In this document: piece after piece, positions 8,938-18,606 of the stretch
Layout: the number at the start of each line of letters is the position of its first letter
Numbering within the stretch: position 1 is the first letter of the stretch
Origin: an uncultured Pelagibacteraceae bacterium
Lineage (GTDB): Bacteria; Pseudomonadota; Alphaproteobacteria; Pelagibacterales; Pelagibacteraceae
NCBI GenBank assembly: GCA_902537665.1
Contig: CACBCE010000006.1
Location: 152 to 64,151, forward strand
Direction of reading: 5' to 3'
Length of the DNA stretch: 64,000 bases
Notes under the pieces: model-generated
Databases searched by the model: none
What the model was told of the DNA's origin: nothing
Seen by the model: the letters and a program-made list of their open reading frames with translations, nothing else
Position numbers and translations under genes: made by a program

Positions 8938-9625
8938 TTTTTTTATTCAACTTAGTTAAAATTGCTGCTGTCAGTAAAGCAGTTACTCCAGCGACAATTA
9001 CATATGCTTTATAAGGAACATAATTAAATCCAAACGTTGCCACTAATCCTGAAATAATTATCACAATCACATTTATTAATTTTCTAAAATCATTAACCAG
9101 TAATGCTAAAAAAGTTAACGGTACTGCAAAACTTAAGCCTAGTTTTTCAGGAATAAAAGCTCCTAAAACAATTCCTAAAAAAGTAGTTGTCTGCCAAATC
9201 ACCCAACAAGTAATACCACCACCGAATAAATGAAAATATTTATTTTTATCGTTATTTTTTTTAAAATACTCATTTGATCTTGCAAAAGCTTGATCAATTA
9301 AAAAATATGAGATTATAATTTTCCAAATAAGTTTTAAATCTGATAAATGCTCTGAAACTACAGCTCCATACAAAAGATGTCTTGAGTTCACTGCTCCAAC
9401 TGAACTTATTATTACTAAAGATGAAGCACCTCCAGAAAATAATTGAAGTAAAATAATTTGTGATGCTCCACCAAAAATTATTAGGGACATCCCCATTGTT
9501 TCTATCGGGCTAAATCCAATATCAATTGAAAGAACCCCAAATATTAGACCAAATGGAACAACTGGTATCATTAGGGGGCTAACATCAAAAACACCTTTTA
9601 AAAAAACTCTAAATTTATTATTCAT
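8930..9625 (-). CDS. azlC: AzlC-family branched-chain amino acid exporter
   Basis: PFGLIFG, FGGASQ, VNSRHLLYG, LIDQAFA. Confidence 0.88.
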   Translation of the reverse strand: MNNKFRVFLKGVFDVSPLMIPVVPFGLIFGVLSIDIGFSPIETMGMSLIIFGGASQIILLQLFSGGASSLVIISSVGAVNSRHLLYGAVVSEHLSDLKLIWKIIISYFLIDQAFARSNEYFKKNNDKNKYFHLFGGGITCWVIWQTTTFLGIVLGAFIPEKLGLSFAVPLTFLALLVNDFRKLINVIVIIISGLVATFGFNYVPYKAYVIVAGVTALLTAAILTKLNKKNE

Positions 9626-9640
9626 TTTAGAGAGTTTTTA

Positions 9641-10702
9641 TTAGAAGCAAACAATATGATCAATATGAATTGGTCTTTTAATACCAAATTTTTCATTCTC
9701 CTCATGTTGGTGAATATGATGAGAGTGAACAAAAACCGGTATTAATAAATTACTTGGTGTTTTAAGGGTGTAAATAAAATTTGTACCTCTGAATTTTCTA
9801 TCTATAACTTCAAACTTTAAATTACTTTGATCATCATGATGTAAGTCCTCTGGTTGAACCAAAAGTTTTACTTTTGATCCTATTGGAAAAGGTTTATTAA
9901 AATTACCCGTAATTGTTCCAAGATCTTTATTTTCTAAACTTTTAGGACTTGTAACCTCTGCAGGAATAAGAATGCCTCTATTCAAAAAATTAACTACCTC
10001 TATTGAGTTGGGTAAGTGATAAACATTATATGGATCGTCAAATTGTTTGAGCTCCTGATTTAAAATAATTCCACATTTTGATCCTAAATAAAATGCTTCA
10101 TAAGAGTCGTGAGTTACAATTATTGTAGTAATTTTTGAACTTTTTAATATTTTTTTTAATTTTTCTTGTATTTCTTCTTTAAAACTTTGATCAACATTTG
10201 ATAATGGTTCATCTAATAATAGTAGGTCTGGATTAGTGATTAAAGATCTCGCAAGTGAAACTCTTTGAGCTTCTCCAGCGCTAATTTCATGTGGAAATTT
10301 ATTTAAAATTAAAGAGATATCGAGTAGATCAATAATTTCTTGAAAGTTTACATTTTTATCTTTTTTATCTTTATTTCTATCGGCGCCTAATAATATATTT
10401 TTTTCTACCGTATAATGTGGGAATAAACTATTTTCTTGAAAAGCTAGTGATATATTTCTGTTTTCAGGCTCAACATTTATTAGATTTGAAGATAATACAT
10501 TTCCTCTTAACTCTATTGTTCCACTTTCAATTTTTTCTAATCCAGCAATTGTTCTTAAAATTGTAGTTTTGCCAATTCCTGATGGACCTAGTAGACATAT
10601 AATATCTCCCTCATTTTCAATAGCAAAAGACACATTTGCTACTTTCGTCTTACCTCCAACTTTAAAATCAACATTTTTTACTTCAAAAAAACTTTTACTC
10701 AT
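9641..10702 (-). CDS. Fe(III) ABC transporter ATPase (FbpC type; SAR11 SfuA)
   Basis: GPSGIGKTT, VEPENRNI, ISAGEAQRV, LLDEPLSN; His-rich C-terminus. Confidence 0.9.
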   Translation of the reverse strand: MSKSFFEVKNVDFKVGGKTKVANVSFAIENEGDIICLLGPSGIGKTTILRTIAGLEKIESGTIELRGNVLSSNLINVEPENRNISLAFQENSLFPHYTVEKNILLGADRNKDKKDKNVNFQEIIDLLDISLILNKFPHEISAGEAQRVSLARSLITNPDLLLLDEPLSNVDQSFKEEIQEKLKKILKSSKITTIIVTHDSYEAFYLGSKCGIILNQELKQFDDPYNVYHLPNSIEVVNFLNRGILIPAEVTSPKSLENKDLGTITGNFNKPFPIGSKVKLLVQPEDLHHDDQSNLKFEVIDRKFRGTNFIYTLKTPSNLLIPVFVHSHHIHQHEENEKFGIKRPIHIDHIVCF

Positions 10703-12320
10703 TGTGCTCTCTTAAAATATATTTTGAACTAATTATAATGAATAAAGATGCAATTAATATCAAAAATAAAGAAGGTACAGCAGCTGCCTCTAATAAATCC
10801 TCTGAAGCAGAAATATATGCTGTAGTAGCAAAAGTTTCAAAATTAAAAGGTCTTAAGATTAATGTTATGGGTAATTCTCTAATTATCTCTAAAGAAATTA
10901 AAATAATTATAAATAATAAAGAATTTCTTAAGAAAGGAATGTGAATATTCATAAATGTTTTTCGTTTTGAATAACCTAATAAATAAGAACTTTCATCGAC
11001 TGAGATATTAATTTTTTCATATCCTGATTTTATTCCATTAAATGCTAAAGAGTAAAATCTTATAAAATAAACTAATACTAATCCTAAAATAGAACCAATA
11101 AAAACTTTCTTGATAGAATCAAATCCCAAAGATTTAATTATACTATTATCAAACCATGCAATAAAACTTATAAATGCAATAGCCAAAATAACTCCTGGAA
11201 TTGCATATCCTGAAATAGATAAAGTTGATAAAACATTTAAGAGTTTATTTTTAGAAACTCTATTTCCATAATTAGATATTAATGAGAATAAAATTAAAAC
11301 AAAGCTAGATAATATTACAATGTAAAGAGTATTTGTTAAAAGTTCAAAAATTTCTAAATCAAATAAATTTTCTGGAAATTTAATTGTCCAATACATCATC
11401 TGGAGTAACGGAAATAAAAAACTAAAAAAGAATATCAAAAAACAATATGAAAATGCATATAAAGATTTATTTCCAATAAGTTTAATCTTTTCTTTTTGTT
11501 TAAATCCTCCTCGAGAATTAAAATGATACCGTGCGTTTTTTCTAGAAAAATTTTCCAAAATAAATAATGCAAAAATGAATAATAGCAAGAAAAAGGATAT
11601 TCTATTCGCAAACGCTAAATCATCAAAAGCTATCCAGGAATTATAGATTCCAGTTGTAAGAGTATTGATTGAAAAAAAATCAACTGCACCAAATTCTGCT
11701 AAAGTTTCCATCGCGACTAAAGATAGTCCAGCAACTATTGCAGGCCGAGCTGCAGGGAGTACTATTTTGTAAAAAGATTCAAATTTTGAAAAACCTAAGT
11801 TTTTTCCTAAATCAATAAGACTTTGAGATTGGTATAAAAATGAGGCCCTGGCTAAAATATAAACATATGCAAACAAAGAGAAAGAGATAGATAATATTGC
11901 GCCTAACATGCCATCAAATTTAGGAATGTGTTGATTATAATTTCCTTCTCCAAAAAGATTTTTTAAGATTGTATATGCAGTGCCATAATTTTCAAAAAAA
12001 GCAGTTAATGAATATGCATAAATATAAGGCGGTACTGCAAAAGATAAAATTAATGCCCATTTAAAAAAATTAGAAAATGGAAAATCAAAAAAAGATACCA
12101 AATAAGCTGAGCTAGTTCCTATAATAAATGTTAGAACAAGAACACATATTAATAATACTGATGAATTAAAAATGTACTCGATTAAAAATGTATTTTTTAA
12201 AAGTTCATAATAATTTGAAGTTTCTTCAAAGAAACTTGTAAATACAGTAATTATTGGAATTATAACAAATATTGAAATCAATAATGAGAAAAAAAACCAG
12301 ATGTTAAAAAATTTATACAT
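10695..12320 (-). CDS. sfuB: Fe(III) ABC transporter permease (FbpB type)
   Basis: Duplicated permease, LPAARPAIVAGLSLVAMETLAEFG, ELPITLILRPFNFET. Confidence 0.92.
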   Translation of the reverse strand: MYKFFNIWFFFSLLISIFVIIPIITVFTSFFEETSNYYELLKNTFLIEYIFNSSVLLICVLVLTFIIGTSSAYLVSFFDFPFSNFFKWALILSFAVPPYIYAYSLTAFFENYGTAYTILKNLFGEGNYNQHIPKFDGMLGAILSISFSLFAYVYILARASFLYQSQSLIDLGKNLGFSKFESFYKIVLPAARPAIVAGLSLVAMETLAEFGAVDFFSINTLTTGIYNSWIAFDDLAFANRISFFLLLFIFALFILENFSRKNARYHFNSRGGFKQKEKIKLIGNKSLYAFSYCFLIFFFSFLFPLLQMMYWTIKFPENLFDLEIFELLTNTLYIVILSSFVLILFSLISNYGNRVSKNKLLNVLSTLSISGYAIPGVILAIAFISFIAWFDNSIIKSLGFDSIKKVFIGSILGLVLVYFIRFYSLAFNGIKSGYEKINISVDESSYLLGYSKRKTFMNIHIPFLRNSLLFIIILISLEIIRELPITLILRPFNFETFATTAYISASEDLLEAAAVPSLFLILIASLFIIISSKYILREHNE

Positions 12321-12386
12321 TTAAATTTTATATTATATTAATTTTTTTGGGAAAAGTAATTAGTCTTTATTAAGGGTTCTAATTTA

Positions 12387-12420
12387 GTGTCCACCATAAA
12401 TCTCCATTTACGATGGACAC
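12387..12420 (-). promoter_or_regulatory. intercistronic 15-bp hairpin in the sfu mRNA
   Basis: GTGTCCATCGTAAAT-GGAG-ATTTATGGTGGACAC; fully paired only on minus strand (two G-U pairs), no U-tract. Confidence 0.7.
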
Positions 12421-12432
12421 CGGAAAGAAAAA

Positions 12433-12603
12433 TCAAAAATCAAAAACTTTAAGGAGATGCGGAACTTCCTTAGGTTCGATTTCTTCTAGTTTTCTTTTAT
12501 TTATTCTTTGATCGATTTTTTTACACTCCATAATACATGGGGAACATGCCTTGGAAGATTTATTTAAATCAATCTCTGAAATAAATTTTTTTTCTTGTTT
12601 CAT
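12433..12603 (-). CDS. small Cys-containing protein inside the iron-uptake operon (56 aa)
   Basis: ATG 2 nt after sfuC stop: MKQEKKFISEIDLNKSSKACSPCIMECKK...HLLKVFDF. Confidence 0.6.
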   Translation of the reverse strand: MKQEKKFISEIDLNKSSKACSPCIMECKKIDQRINKRKLEEIEPKEVPHLLKVFDF

Positions 12604-12605
12604 TG

Positions 12606-13634
12606 TTACTTCCAACCAGCAGCTGTCATTACTTCTACTGCAGCAGCCTGATTTTTTCCATAAGAAGCTAACTTAGTTTTCATATCTTGTTTGAAATCTA
12701 ACCCTAAGTTGTTAACTACTAATGGGCTTGGTGAGACACCATTAATCATCGGAAACTCAAAAGTGTTATTAGTAAAATGCTCTTGAGATTGAGGAGTCAG
12801 TAAAAACTCTACAAGCTTAATAGCGTTAGCTTTATTAGGAGCGCCTTTGACTAAAGCTGCACAACTAACATTCATGTGTGTTCCTCTATCATTTTGATTA
12901 GGGAAGAAAGCTTTAACTTTCTTAGCAGCTTCTTGTTGCTCTGCACCTTTTTTACCAGACAACATAAGTGCAAGATAATAAGTATTAGCTACAGCAATAT
13001 CAGCTTCTCCTGCTGCAACTGCCATAATTTGAGCTCTATCATTACCTGTAGGTGTTCTTGCCATGTTTGCAACAACTCCTTCAGCCCATTCAGCTGTAGC
13101 TTTTTTTCCATTATTTTTAATTAATGATGCTACTAAAGATTTATTATAAATATTGCTAGATTTTCTAATTACTAATCTACCTTTCCATTTAGGATCAGCT
13201 AAACCTTCATAAGTCATTCCAGATAATTCAGCACCCGTAACTCTCTCTGGTGAATAATAAATTATTCTAGCTCTTTTCGCTATTCCAACCCATTTATTCG
13301 TTCTAAAAGTTTTTGGTACAGCATCTTTGATTGCTGCTGATGTTAAACCACTTTGAAGTGCCCCTTTTGCATCCATCGCTCCACATCTTCCAGCATCAGC
13401 TGTAATATATAAGTCAGCAGAAGAATCAGCACCCTCACTTAGAATTCTTTTTTCTAAAGCACCTGATTTTCCGTTTATCAAATTGACTTTTATTCCTGTC
13501 ATATTTGTAAACTTAGAATAAAGCTCACCATCTGCTTTATAATGTCTTGCATTAAAAACATTTACCTCATTTGCCATCACAACTGATGAGGCAAATAAAG
13601 ATGCTATCAACGCAAATATTGATATTTTTCTCAT
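12606..13634 (-). CDS. sfuC: Fe(III) ABC transporter substrate-binding protein (FutA/FbpA type)
   Basis: Signal peptide from MRKISIF (SD GGAGA upstream), ARHY, YNKSL, ANTYY iron-ligand Tyr pair. Confidence 0.93.
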   Translation of the reverse strand: MRKISIFALIASLFASSVVMANEVNVFNARHYKADGELYSKFTNMTGIKVNLINGKSGALEKRILSEGADSSADLYITADAGRCGAMDAKGALQSGLTSAAIKDAVPKTFRTNKWVGIAKRARIIYYSPERVTGAELSGMTYEGLADPKWKGRLVIRKSSNIYNKSLVASLIKNNGKKATAEWAEGVVANMARTPTGNDRAQIMAVAAGEADIAVANTYYLALMLSGKKGAEQQEAAKKVKAFFPNQNDRGTHMNVSCAALVKGAPNKANAIKLVEFLLTPQSQEHFTNNTFEFPMINGVSPSPLVVNNLGLDFKQDMKTKLASYGKNQAAAVEVMTAAGWK

Positions 13635-13662
13635 TATTTCTCCATTCTTCCGCATAATTTAA

Positions 13663-13702
13663 TTGAGAATGAGAACTATTCTCATTGATAATGATTATCA
13701 AT
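13663..13702. promoter_or_regulatory. tandem Fur-type boxes upstream of sfuC
   Basis: Perfect 9-1-9 palindrome ATTGATAAT-G-ATTATCAAT (13684-13702) overlapping AATGAGAAC-T-ATTCTCATT (13668-13686); matches 7-1-7 TGATAATNATTATCA Fur consensus. Confidence 0.85.
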
Positions 13703-13719
13703 CGCAATAGTGTCGCAGC

Positions 13720-14613
13720 CTATTGGGACTTCCAGTCGCCTATTTTACTGAATAAAAAGTTCCTAAAAGCCTGAACTCTGGCTGTGTTTTTTAAAGATTG
13801 AGGATAAACAAAGTGAGCTTCCGTAATCGGTCCCTCTGATTTTGGAAGAACTTTAATTATATTTCTTGAATTACTTACAAGATATTCTGGTAATGCAGCT
13901 AAACCAACGCCAGCCTCTACTGCTAAAAGCAGTCCCATTACGCTATTTACCTTCATAATCGGCTTTCGCTTTTTACCATCATGCATTCCTAATTTTAACG
14001 CCCAATCTGGATTATAAACTGGTGATGGAGCCCCTTTTCCAAAAGATATAAATTTATGTTTATTTAAATCACCCAGTGTCTTAGGCATACCGTATTTCTC
14101 TAAATACTTATTAGAACCATATATAAAATATTTAAGATCAATCAATTTTTTTTGAATATAATTTAGTTGTTTTGGTCTTCTCATAAAAATGCCAATATCA
14201 GCTTGTCTGGTGCTTAAATCTAGCTCTTTGTCCTCAAAAATAAGTTCTATTTCTACTTCAGGGTTTAGACGCATAAATTCTTCAATTCTTGGTGTTAACC
14301 AATGTGTACCAAAACTTCTAACTGTTGTAATTGTTAATTTGCCAGTGGGTTTATTTTTTTGATCTCCTAGTGAAGTTTCCACTTCTTTAAGTTTGCTTAT
14401 AACTTCGTGTGCAGTTTTAAATACATACTCTCCATTTTCAGTGAGCGTAAGACCTCTTGCGTGTCTTTCAAATAATTGAACTTTTAAATCTTGTTCCAAA
14501 GATTGAATTTGTCTACTTATTGCTGATTGACTAAGATTTAAATTAACAGTGGCATTAGTAAAACTTCCTGCTTCTGCAACTGCATGAAAAATTTTAAGTT
14601 TATCCCAGTCCAT
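13720..14613 (-). CDS. LysR-family transcriptional regulator
   Basis: MDWDKLKIFHAVAEAGSFT...LSQSAISRQI...LFERHARGLTLTE HTH. Confidence 0.95.
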   Translation of the reverse strand: MDWDKLKIFHAVAEAGSFTNATVNLNLSQSAISRQIQSLEQDLKVQLFERHARGLTLTENGEYVFKTAHEVISKLKEVETSLGDQKNKPTGKLTITTVRSFGTHWLTPRIEEFMRLNPEVEIELIFEDKELDLSTRQADIGIFMRRPKQLNYIQKKLIDLKYFIYGSNKYLEKYGMPKTLGDLNKHKFISFGKGAPSPVYNPDWALKLGMHDGKKRKPIMKVNSVMGLLLAVEAGVGLAALPEYLVSNSRNIIKVLPKSEGPITEAHFVYPQSLKNTARVQAFRNFLFSKIGDWKSQ

Positions 14614-15614
14614 TATTTATTTAAATCAACTAAAACTCTTCCAGAAATTTCACCCTTTAATATTTTAGGATAAGTTTCAATTAACTCCTCCAAGCTAACA
14701 GTTTGAATAGATTTTTCTATTAAGTTGAAATCGATTAATTTTGCAGCCTCTCCCCAAATAAATTCTCTTCTTTTGATGCTACAATTAGCTGAGTCCATTC
14801 CCCAAAGTTTTATTCCTCGTAACATGAAAGGAATTACATTAGTATTTAATTCATTTGTACTTGCATTACCACATACTGCAACAATTCCATTTGAATTAGT
14901 TTGAACAATTGCATTAGCTAAAATTTTACCACCGACGGTGTCGACTACCCCATCCCATAAACCTTTATCTATAAGTTTCGGATCTTTATCAAATTCAGCG
15001 CGATTTACAACACTTTTAGCACCTAATGATTTTAAATAATCAGCTTTAGAATCTTTTCCTGTTACTGCAGTAACGTTGTATCCCATTTTATTGAGTATCA
15101 TAACTGCAATGCTTCCTAATCCACCAGTTGCACCTGTAACTAAGACATCATTTACTTTTGCACCAAGTAATATTTCTTCTCGGGCTTTTATTGCAAATGC
15201 TGCCATTAAAGATGTAAAACCCGCAGTGCCTAAGATCATTGCTTGTTTAGTTGTTAAATCACTAGGTTTCTTTACTAAGAAATCTCCATTAACTTTTGCT
15301 ATTTGAGAATATCCACCATAAAAAATTTCGCCAACTCTAAAACCAGTTAAAATTACCTCATCACCTGACTTAAATTTTGAATTTTCACTTTCTAAAACTG
15401 TTCCAGAAAAATCAATCCCAGGAATGTGTGGAAACTCTTTTACTAATCTACCACCATTTTTTAAAATCATTCCATCTTTAAAATTAAGATCTGAATAATC
15501 AACTTTAATGGTCACATCACCATGTTTTAAAAAACTTTTGTCTAATGATTTTACTTCTCTTGTAAAGTTGTCACCGTCTTGATTTAAAACTAATGCTTTA
15601 AATTGGTCTAACAC
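14613..15614 (-). CDS. acuI: acryloyl-CoA reductase (AcuI/YhdH, MDR family)
   Basis: YSDLNFKDG, IPGIDFSG, AMILGTAGFT, VTGATGGLGS, PFMLRGIKLWG. Confidence 0.85.
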   Translation of the reverse strand: MLDQFKALVLNQDGDNFTREVKSLDKSFLKHGDVTIKVDYSDLNFKDGMILKNGGRLVKEFPHIPGIDFSGTVLESENSKFKSGDEVILTGFRVGEIFYGGYSQIAKVNGDFLVKKPSDLTTKQAMILGTAGFTSLMAAFAIKAREEILLGAKVNDVLVTGATGGLGSIAVMILNKMGYNVTAVTGKDSKADYLKSLGAKSVVNRAEFDKDPKLIDKGLWDGVVDTVGGKILANAIVQTNSNGIVAVCGNASTNELNTNVIPFMLRGIKLWGMDSANCSIKRREFIWGEAAKLIDFNLIEKSIQTVSLEELIETYPKILKGEISGRVLVDLNK

Positions 15615-15616
15615 TT

Positions 15617-16231
15617 TTAATCTTTTGAATTACTTATTAACCTTAAATATCTATTTTGATAACTTAAATCTTCTTTGAATTGACCCAAATAATAATTTGT
15701 GACTGTTGTAGCTTGTTCTTTTTTGATTCCTCTCATAGTCATACATTGATGAGTTGAGTCAATTGTAACTGCTACCCCTTTTGCATCTAGAGATTGCATT
15801 AGTGTATTCGCAATTTGCATAGTTAATCTTTCCTGGGTTTGTAATCTTTTAGAAAATACCTCAACTACTCTTGCTAATTTACTTAATCCAACAACTCTTT
15901 CATTAGGTATATAAGCTACATGAGCTTTACCGATGATTGGAGCCATATGATGTTCACAATGACTTTGAACAGAAATATTCTTTTGAATAACCATATCATC
16001 ATACCCATCTACATCGCCAAAAGTTTTGTCTAAAACCTGAATAGGATCTTCCTTATAACCTTTAAAATACTCCTTAAATGCTTTGACAACTCTTTTTGGA
16101 GTTTCTAACAATCCCTCTCTATTTGGGTCTTCCCCCATCCAAGATAAAATTGTTTTGAAAGCTTCTTCTGCCTCTTTATCAGAAATCTTCTTCGTATTTT
16201 GATTATTATCTATGTCTTTAACCAACTTCAT
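15617..16231 (-). CDS. folE: GTP cyclohydrolase I
   Basis: REGLLETPKRV, SHCEHHMAP, GLSKLAR, QTQERLT, HQCMTMRG. Confidence 0.97.
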   Translation of the reverse strand: MKLVKDIDNNQNTKKISDKEAEEAFKTILSWMGEDPNREGLLETPKRVVKAFKEYFKGYKEDPIQVLDKTFGDVDGYDDMVIQKNISVQSHCEHHMAPIIGKAHVAYIPNERVVGLSKLARVVEVFSKRLQTQERLTMQIANTLMQSLDAKGVAVTIDSTHQCMTMRGIKKEQATTVTNYYLGQFKEDLSYQNRYLRLISNSKD

Positions 16232-16307
16232 GGAGGGCTTTATACATATAAATGCACATTTTTAAAATATTTAATATATCTCTATATGTGCTACATAATC
16301 ACCGAAT

Positions 16308-16775
16308 ATGTTCAAAAAAAGAGAAAATGTGGTTGAAATTGAAGAAGGAAATCTTCTTTCACCTAAATTTGATAATGATGGTTTGATACCTGTGATTACA
16401 ATGTGCTCTCAAACAAAAGAAATTTTGATGCATGGGTATATGAATGTTGAAGCATTAAAAAAAACTATTGAAACAAAAGAGGCTCACTACTATAGCAGAT
16501 CAAGGAAAGCTATCTGGCACAAAGGCAAAACCAGTGGTTTTATTCAAAAGGTAACTGAAATCAAAATTGATGATGACCAAGACTCCGTTTGGCTTTCTGT
16601 TGATATTGGAAATGGAGCTAGCTGTCACGTAGGTTATAGATCTTGTTTTTATAGATCTATACCTCTTGGACCAATTGAAAATGGAAGAGAAGTTAAGATG
16701 AAGTTCACTGAAAAAGAAAAAAAATTTGACCCTGAAAAAGTCTACAAAGATCAGCCCAATCCAACAAAGATATAA
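16308..16775 (+). CDS. hisI: phosphoribosyl-AMP cyclohydrolase
   Basis: YYSRSRKAIWHKGKTSG, DDDQD, CHVGYRSCFYR. Confidence 0.95.
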   Translation: MFKKRENVVEIEEGNLLSPKFDNDGLIPVITMCSQTKEILMHGYMNVEALKKTIETKEAHYYSRSRKAIWHKGKTSGFIQKVTEIKIDDDQDSVWLSVDIGNGASCHVGYRSCFYRSIPLGPIENGREVKMKFTEKEKKFDPEKVYKDQPNPTKI

Positions 16776-16779
16776 TTAA

Positions 16780-17418
16780 ATGGAAATTAAATACCAAAAT
16801 TTAAGAGTATTAGGCCCAGCAATACTAAAAGTGAAAATACCGGATGAAATACTAAATAAATTAAATGAGTATATTGATAAAATAATTAATGATGACTCAA
16901 AATTAAAAAAATTAAATTATGGTGAAGCACTAGTTGGTGACGTAACTCAAGAATTTTTATTAGAAGTAGAATTTGTTAAATCTTCAGGTTGGTTAGAATT
17001 TTTGGGAAATTCTTGCAAAGTTTACACAGAATTAAATGAAGGAAAAAAAATATCAAAATTTAATTTACTAAAAACTTGGGTTGTTAGACAATTTCAAAAT
17101 GAATACAATCCAACTCATTGGCATGGTGGTCATATTTCTGGAGCTGGGTTTCTTAAAGTTCCAAAATCATTAGGACAAAGTACTCAACAAAAAAAATCTA
17201 AAAAATATAGAGGTGGAAACTTACAACTAATACATGGAGCAAGAATGTTTACTTGTCCTTCGACATTTAATATTACTCCAGAAGTTGGTGATTTTTATTT
17301 ATTTCCTAATTATTTGATGCATACGGTTTTTCCATTTAAAGGCACTGATGAGGAAAGACGTTCTATCTCATTTAATGCGTCGATTGATGAAGATATATAT
17401 AACGTATATGGAAAATAA
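16780..17418 (+). CDS. putative 2OG-Fe(II) oxygenase (TIGR02466-like)
   Basis: YNPTHWH, LFPNYLMHTVFP, RRSISFN. Confidence 0.75.
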   Translation: MEIKYQNLRVLGPAILKVKIPDEILNKLNEYIDKIINDDSKLKKLNYGEALVGDVTQEFLLEVEFVKSSGWLEFLGNSCKVYTELNEGKKISKFNLLKTWVVRQFQNEYNPTHWHGGHISGAGFLKVPKSLGQSTQQKKSKKYRGGNLQLIHGARMFTCPSTFNITPEVGDFYLFPNYLMHTVFPFKGTDEERRSISFNASIDEDIYNVYGK

Positions 17419-17785
17419 GATTCAAAAAAATGTCCTTGGGGAAAATCTGGAATTATGTTCCAAAAATCCTCTTACTGGATGGTATAGAGATGGTTGTTGT
17501 AATACTGATAAAAATGATCATGGTTTACATACTGTTTGTGCAAAAGTTACGACAGAGTTTTTGGAATGGTGTAAAGAAGCTGGAAATGATTTAATTACAC
17601 CTCACCCAGAGTTTGGGTTTCCAGGCTTAAAAGATGGAGACGGGTGGTGTGTTTGTGCAACTTGGTATGCAAGAGCAGTAGAGGCTGGAAAAGGTTGTCC
17701 AATTTTTTTAAAAAGAACTCATGAAAATACATTGAAAGTTTTGCCAATCGAAACACTAAAAAAATTTGCAATAGATTTGTCTTAA
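17408..17785 (+). CDS. DUF2237 family protein
   Basis: Start at MENKIQKNVLG; PLTGWYRDGCC, GLHTVCA, FPGLKDGDGWCVCA. Confidence 0.85.
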   Translation: MENKIQKNVLGENLELCSKNPLTGWYRDGCCNTDKNDHGLHTVCAKVTTEFLEWCKEAGNDLITPHPEFGFPGLKDGDGWCVCATWYARAVEAGKGCPIFLKRTHENTLKVLPIETLKKFAIDLS

Positions 17786-18561
17786 TGAATAGTTTAGATT
17801 TTAAATTATTAGCAAGTCATCATAAAAAAAATTTAATTGTTAAAAATACTCCTTATGGTCATTGTACAACAAATAATTTTTTTCCAGATAATATAATAAA
17901 TAACATTGCAACGTCTTTTAAATTTCCAGAAACTGTCGGTTCAACTTCTGATCCTTTGTTTCAAAAAACAAAACGTTCACTTAGTGATTATAACTTATTT
18001 CCAATTGAAATTAAAAAAATAATTGATTATCTCAATTCTCAAAGTTTTATTAATATTCTTGAGGAAAAATTTAACATTAGAAATCTCGTTTCTGACTCCT
18101 CTTTATTTGGTGGTGGCATGCACGAAAGCAGAAATGGTGGATATTTAAAGATACACTCAGATTTCGTTTATATTAGAAATAGAAAACTTAAAAGAATGTT
18201 GAATTTATTAGTTTATTTGAATGATGGGTGGAATGAGAATTGGGGTGGAGCAATTGAATTATGGGACCAAAACATGAAAAATAATTTTTTAAAGATTTAT
18301 CCAAAAATAAATCATGCTCTTATTTTTAGAACAGATACTGAGTCTAATCATGGGTTTCCAGATCCGATTAATTGTCCTAAAGACAAAAGCAGAAAATCGT
18401 TAGCTTTATACTATTATATTCATGATAATTCTTTATTTAAAAGAACAAAATATTATTACGCAAGGTGGAAAAGAAGGCCAGGAATTGAAGAGCCAAAATT
18501 TGGCGATAACAGAAATTTTATCGAAAGATTTAAAAATAATTTTTTATTTAGATTTAAATAA
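17785..18561 (+). CDS. 2OG-Fe(II) oxygenase (prolyl-hydroxylase-like)
   Basis: GGGMH, HSD facial triad, LNLLVYLN, WGGAIELW, HGFP, RKSLALYYY. Confidence 0.85.
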   Translation: MNSLDFKLLASHHKKNLIVKNTPYGHCTTNNFFPDNIINNIATSFKFPETVGSTSDPLFQKTKRSLSDYNLFPIEIKKIIDYLNSQSFINILEEKFNIRNLVSDSSLFGGGMHESRNGGYLKIHSDFVYIRNRKLKRMLNLLVYLNDGWNENWGGAIELWDQNMKNNFLKIYPKINHALIFRTDTESNHGFPDPINCPKDKSRKSLALYYYIHDNSLFKRTKYYYARWKRRPGIEEPKFGDNRNFIERFKNNFLFRFK

Positions 18562-18606
18562 ATTAAATATTCCAATTATGGATTTTTAATGAGATGAATT
18601 TTACTT

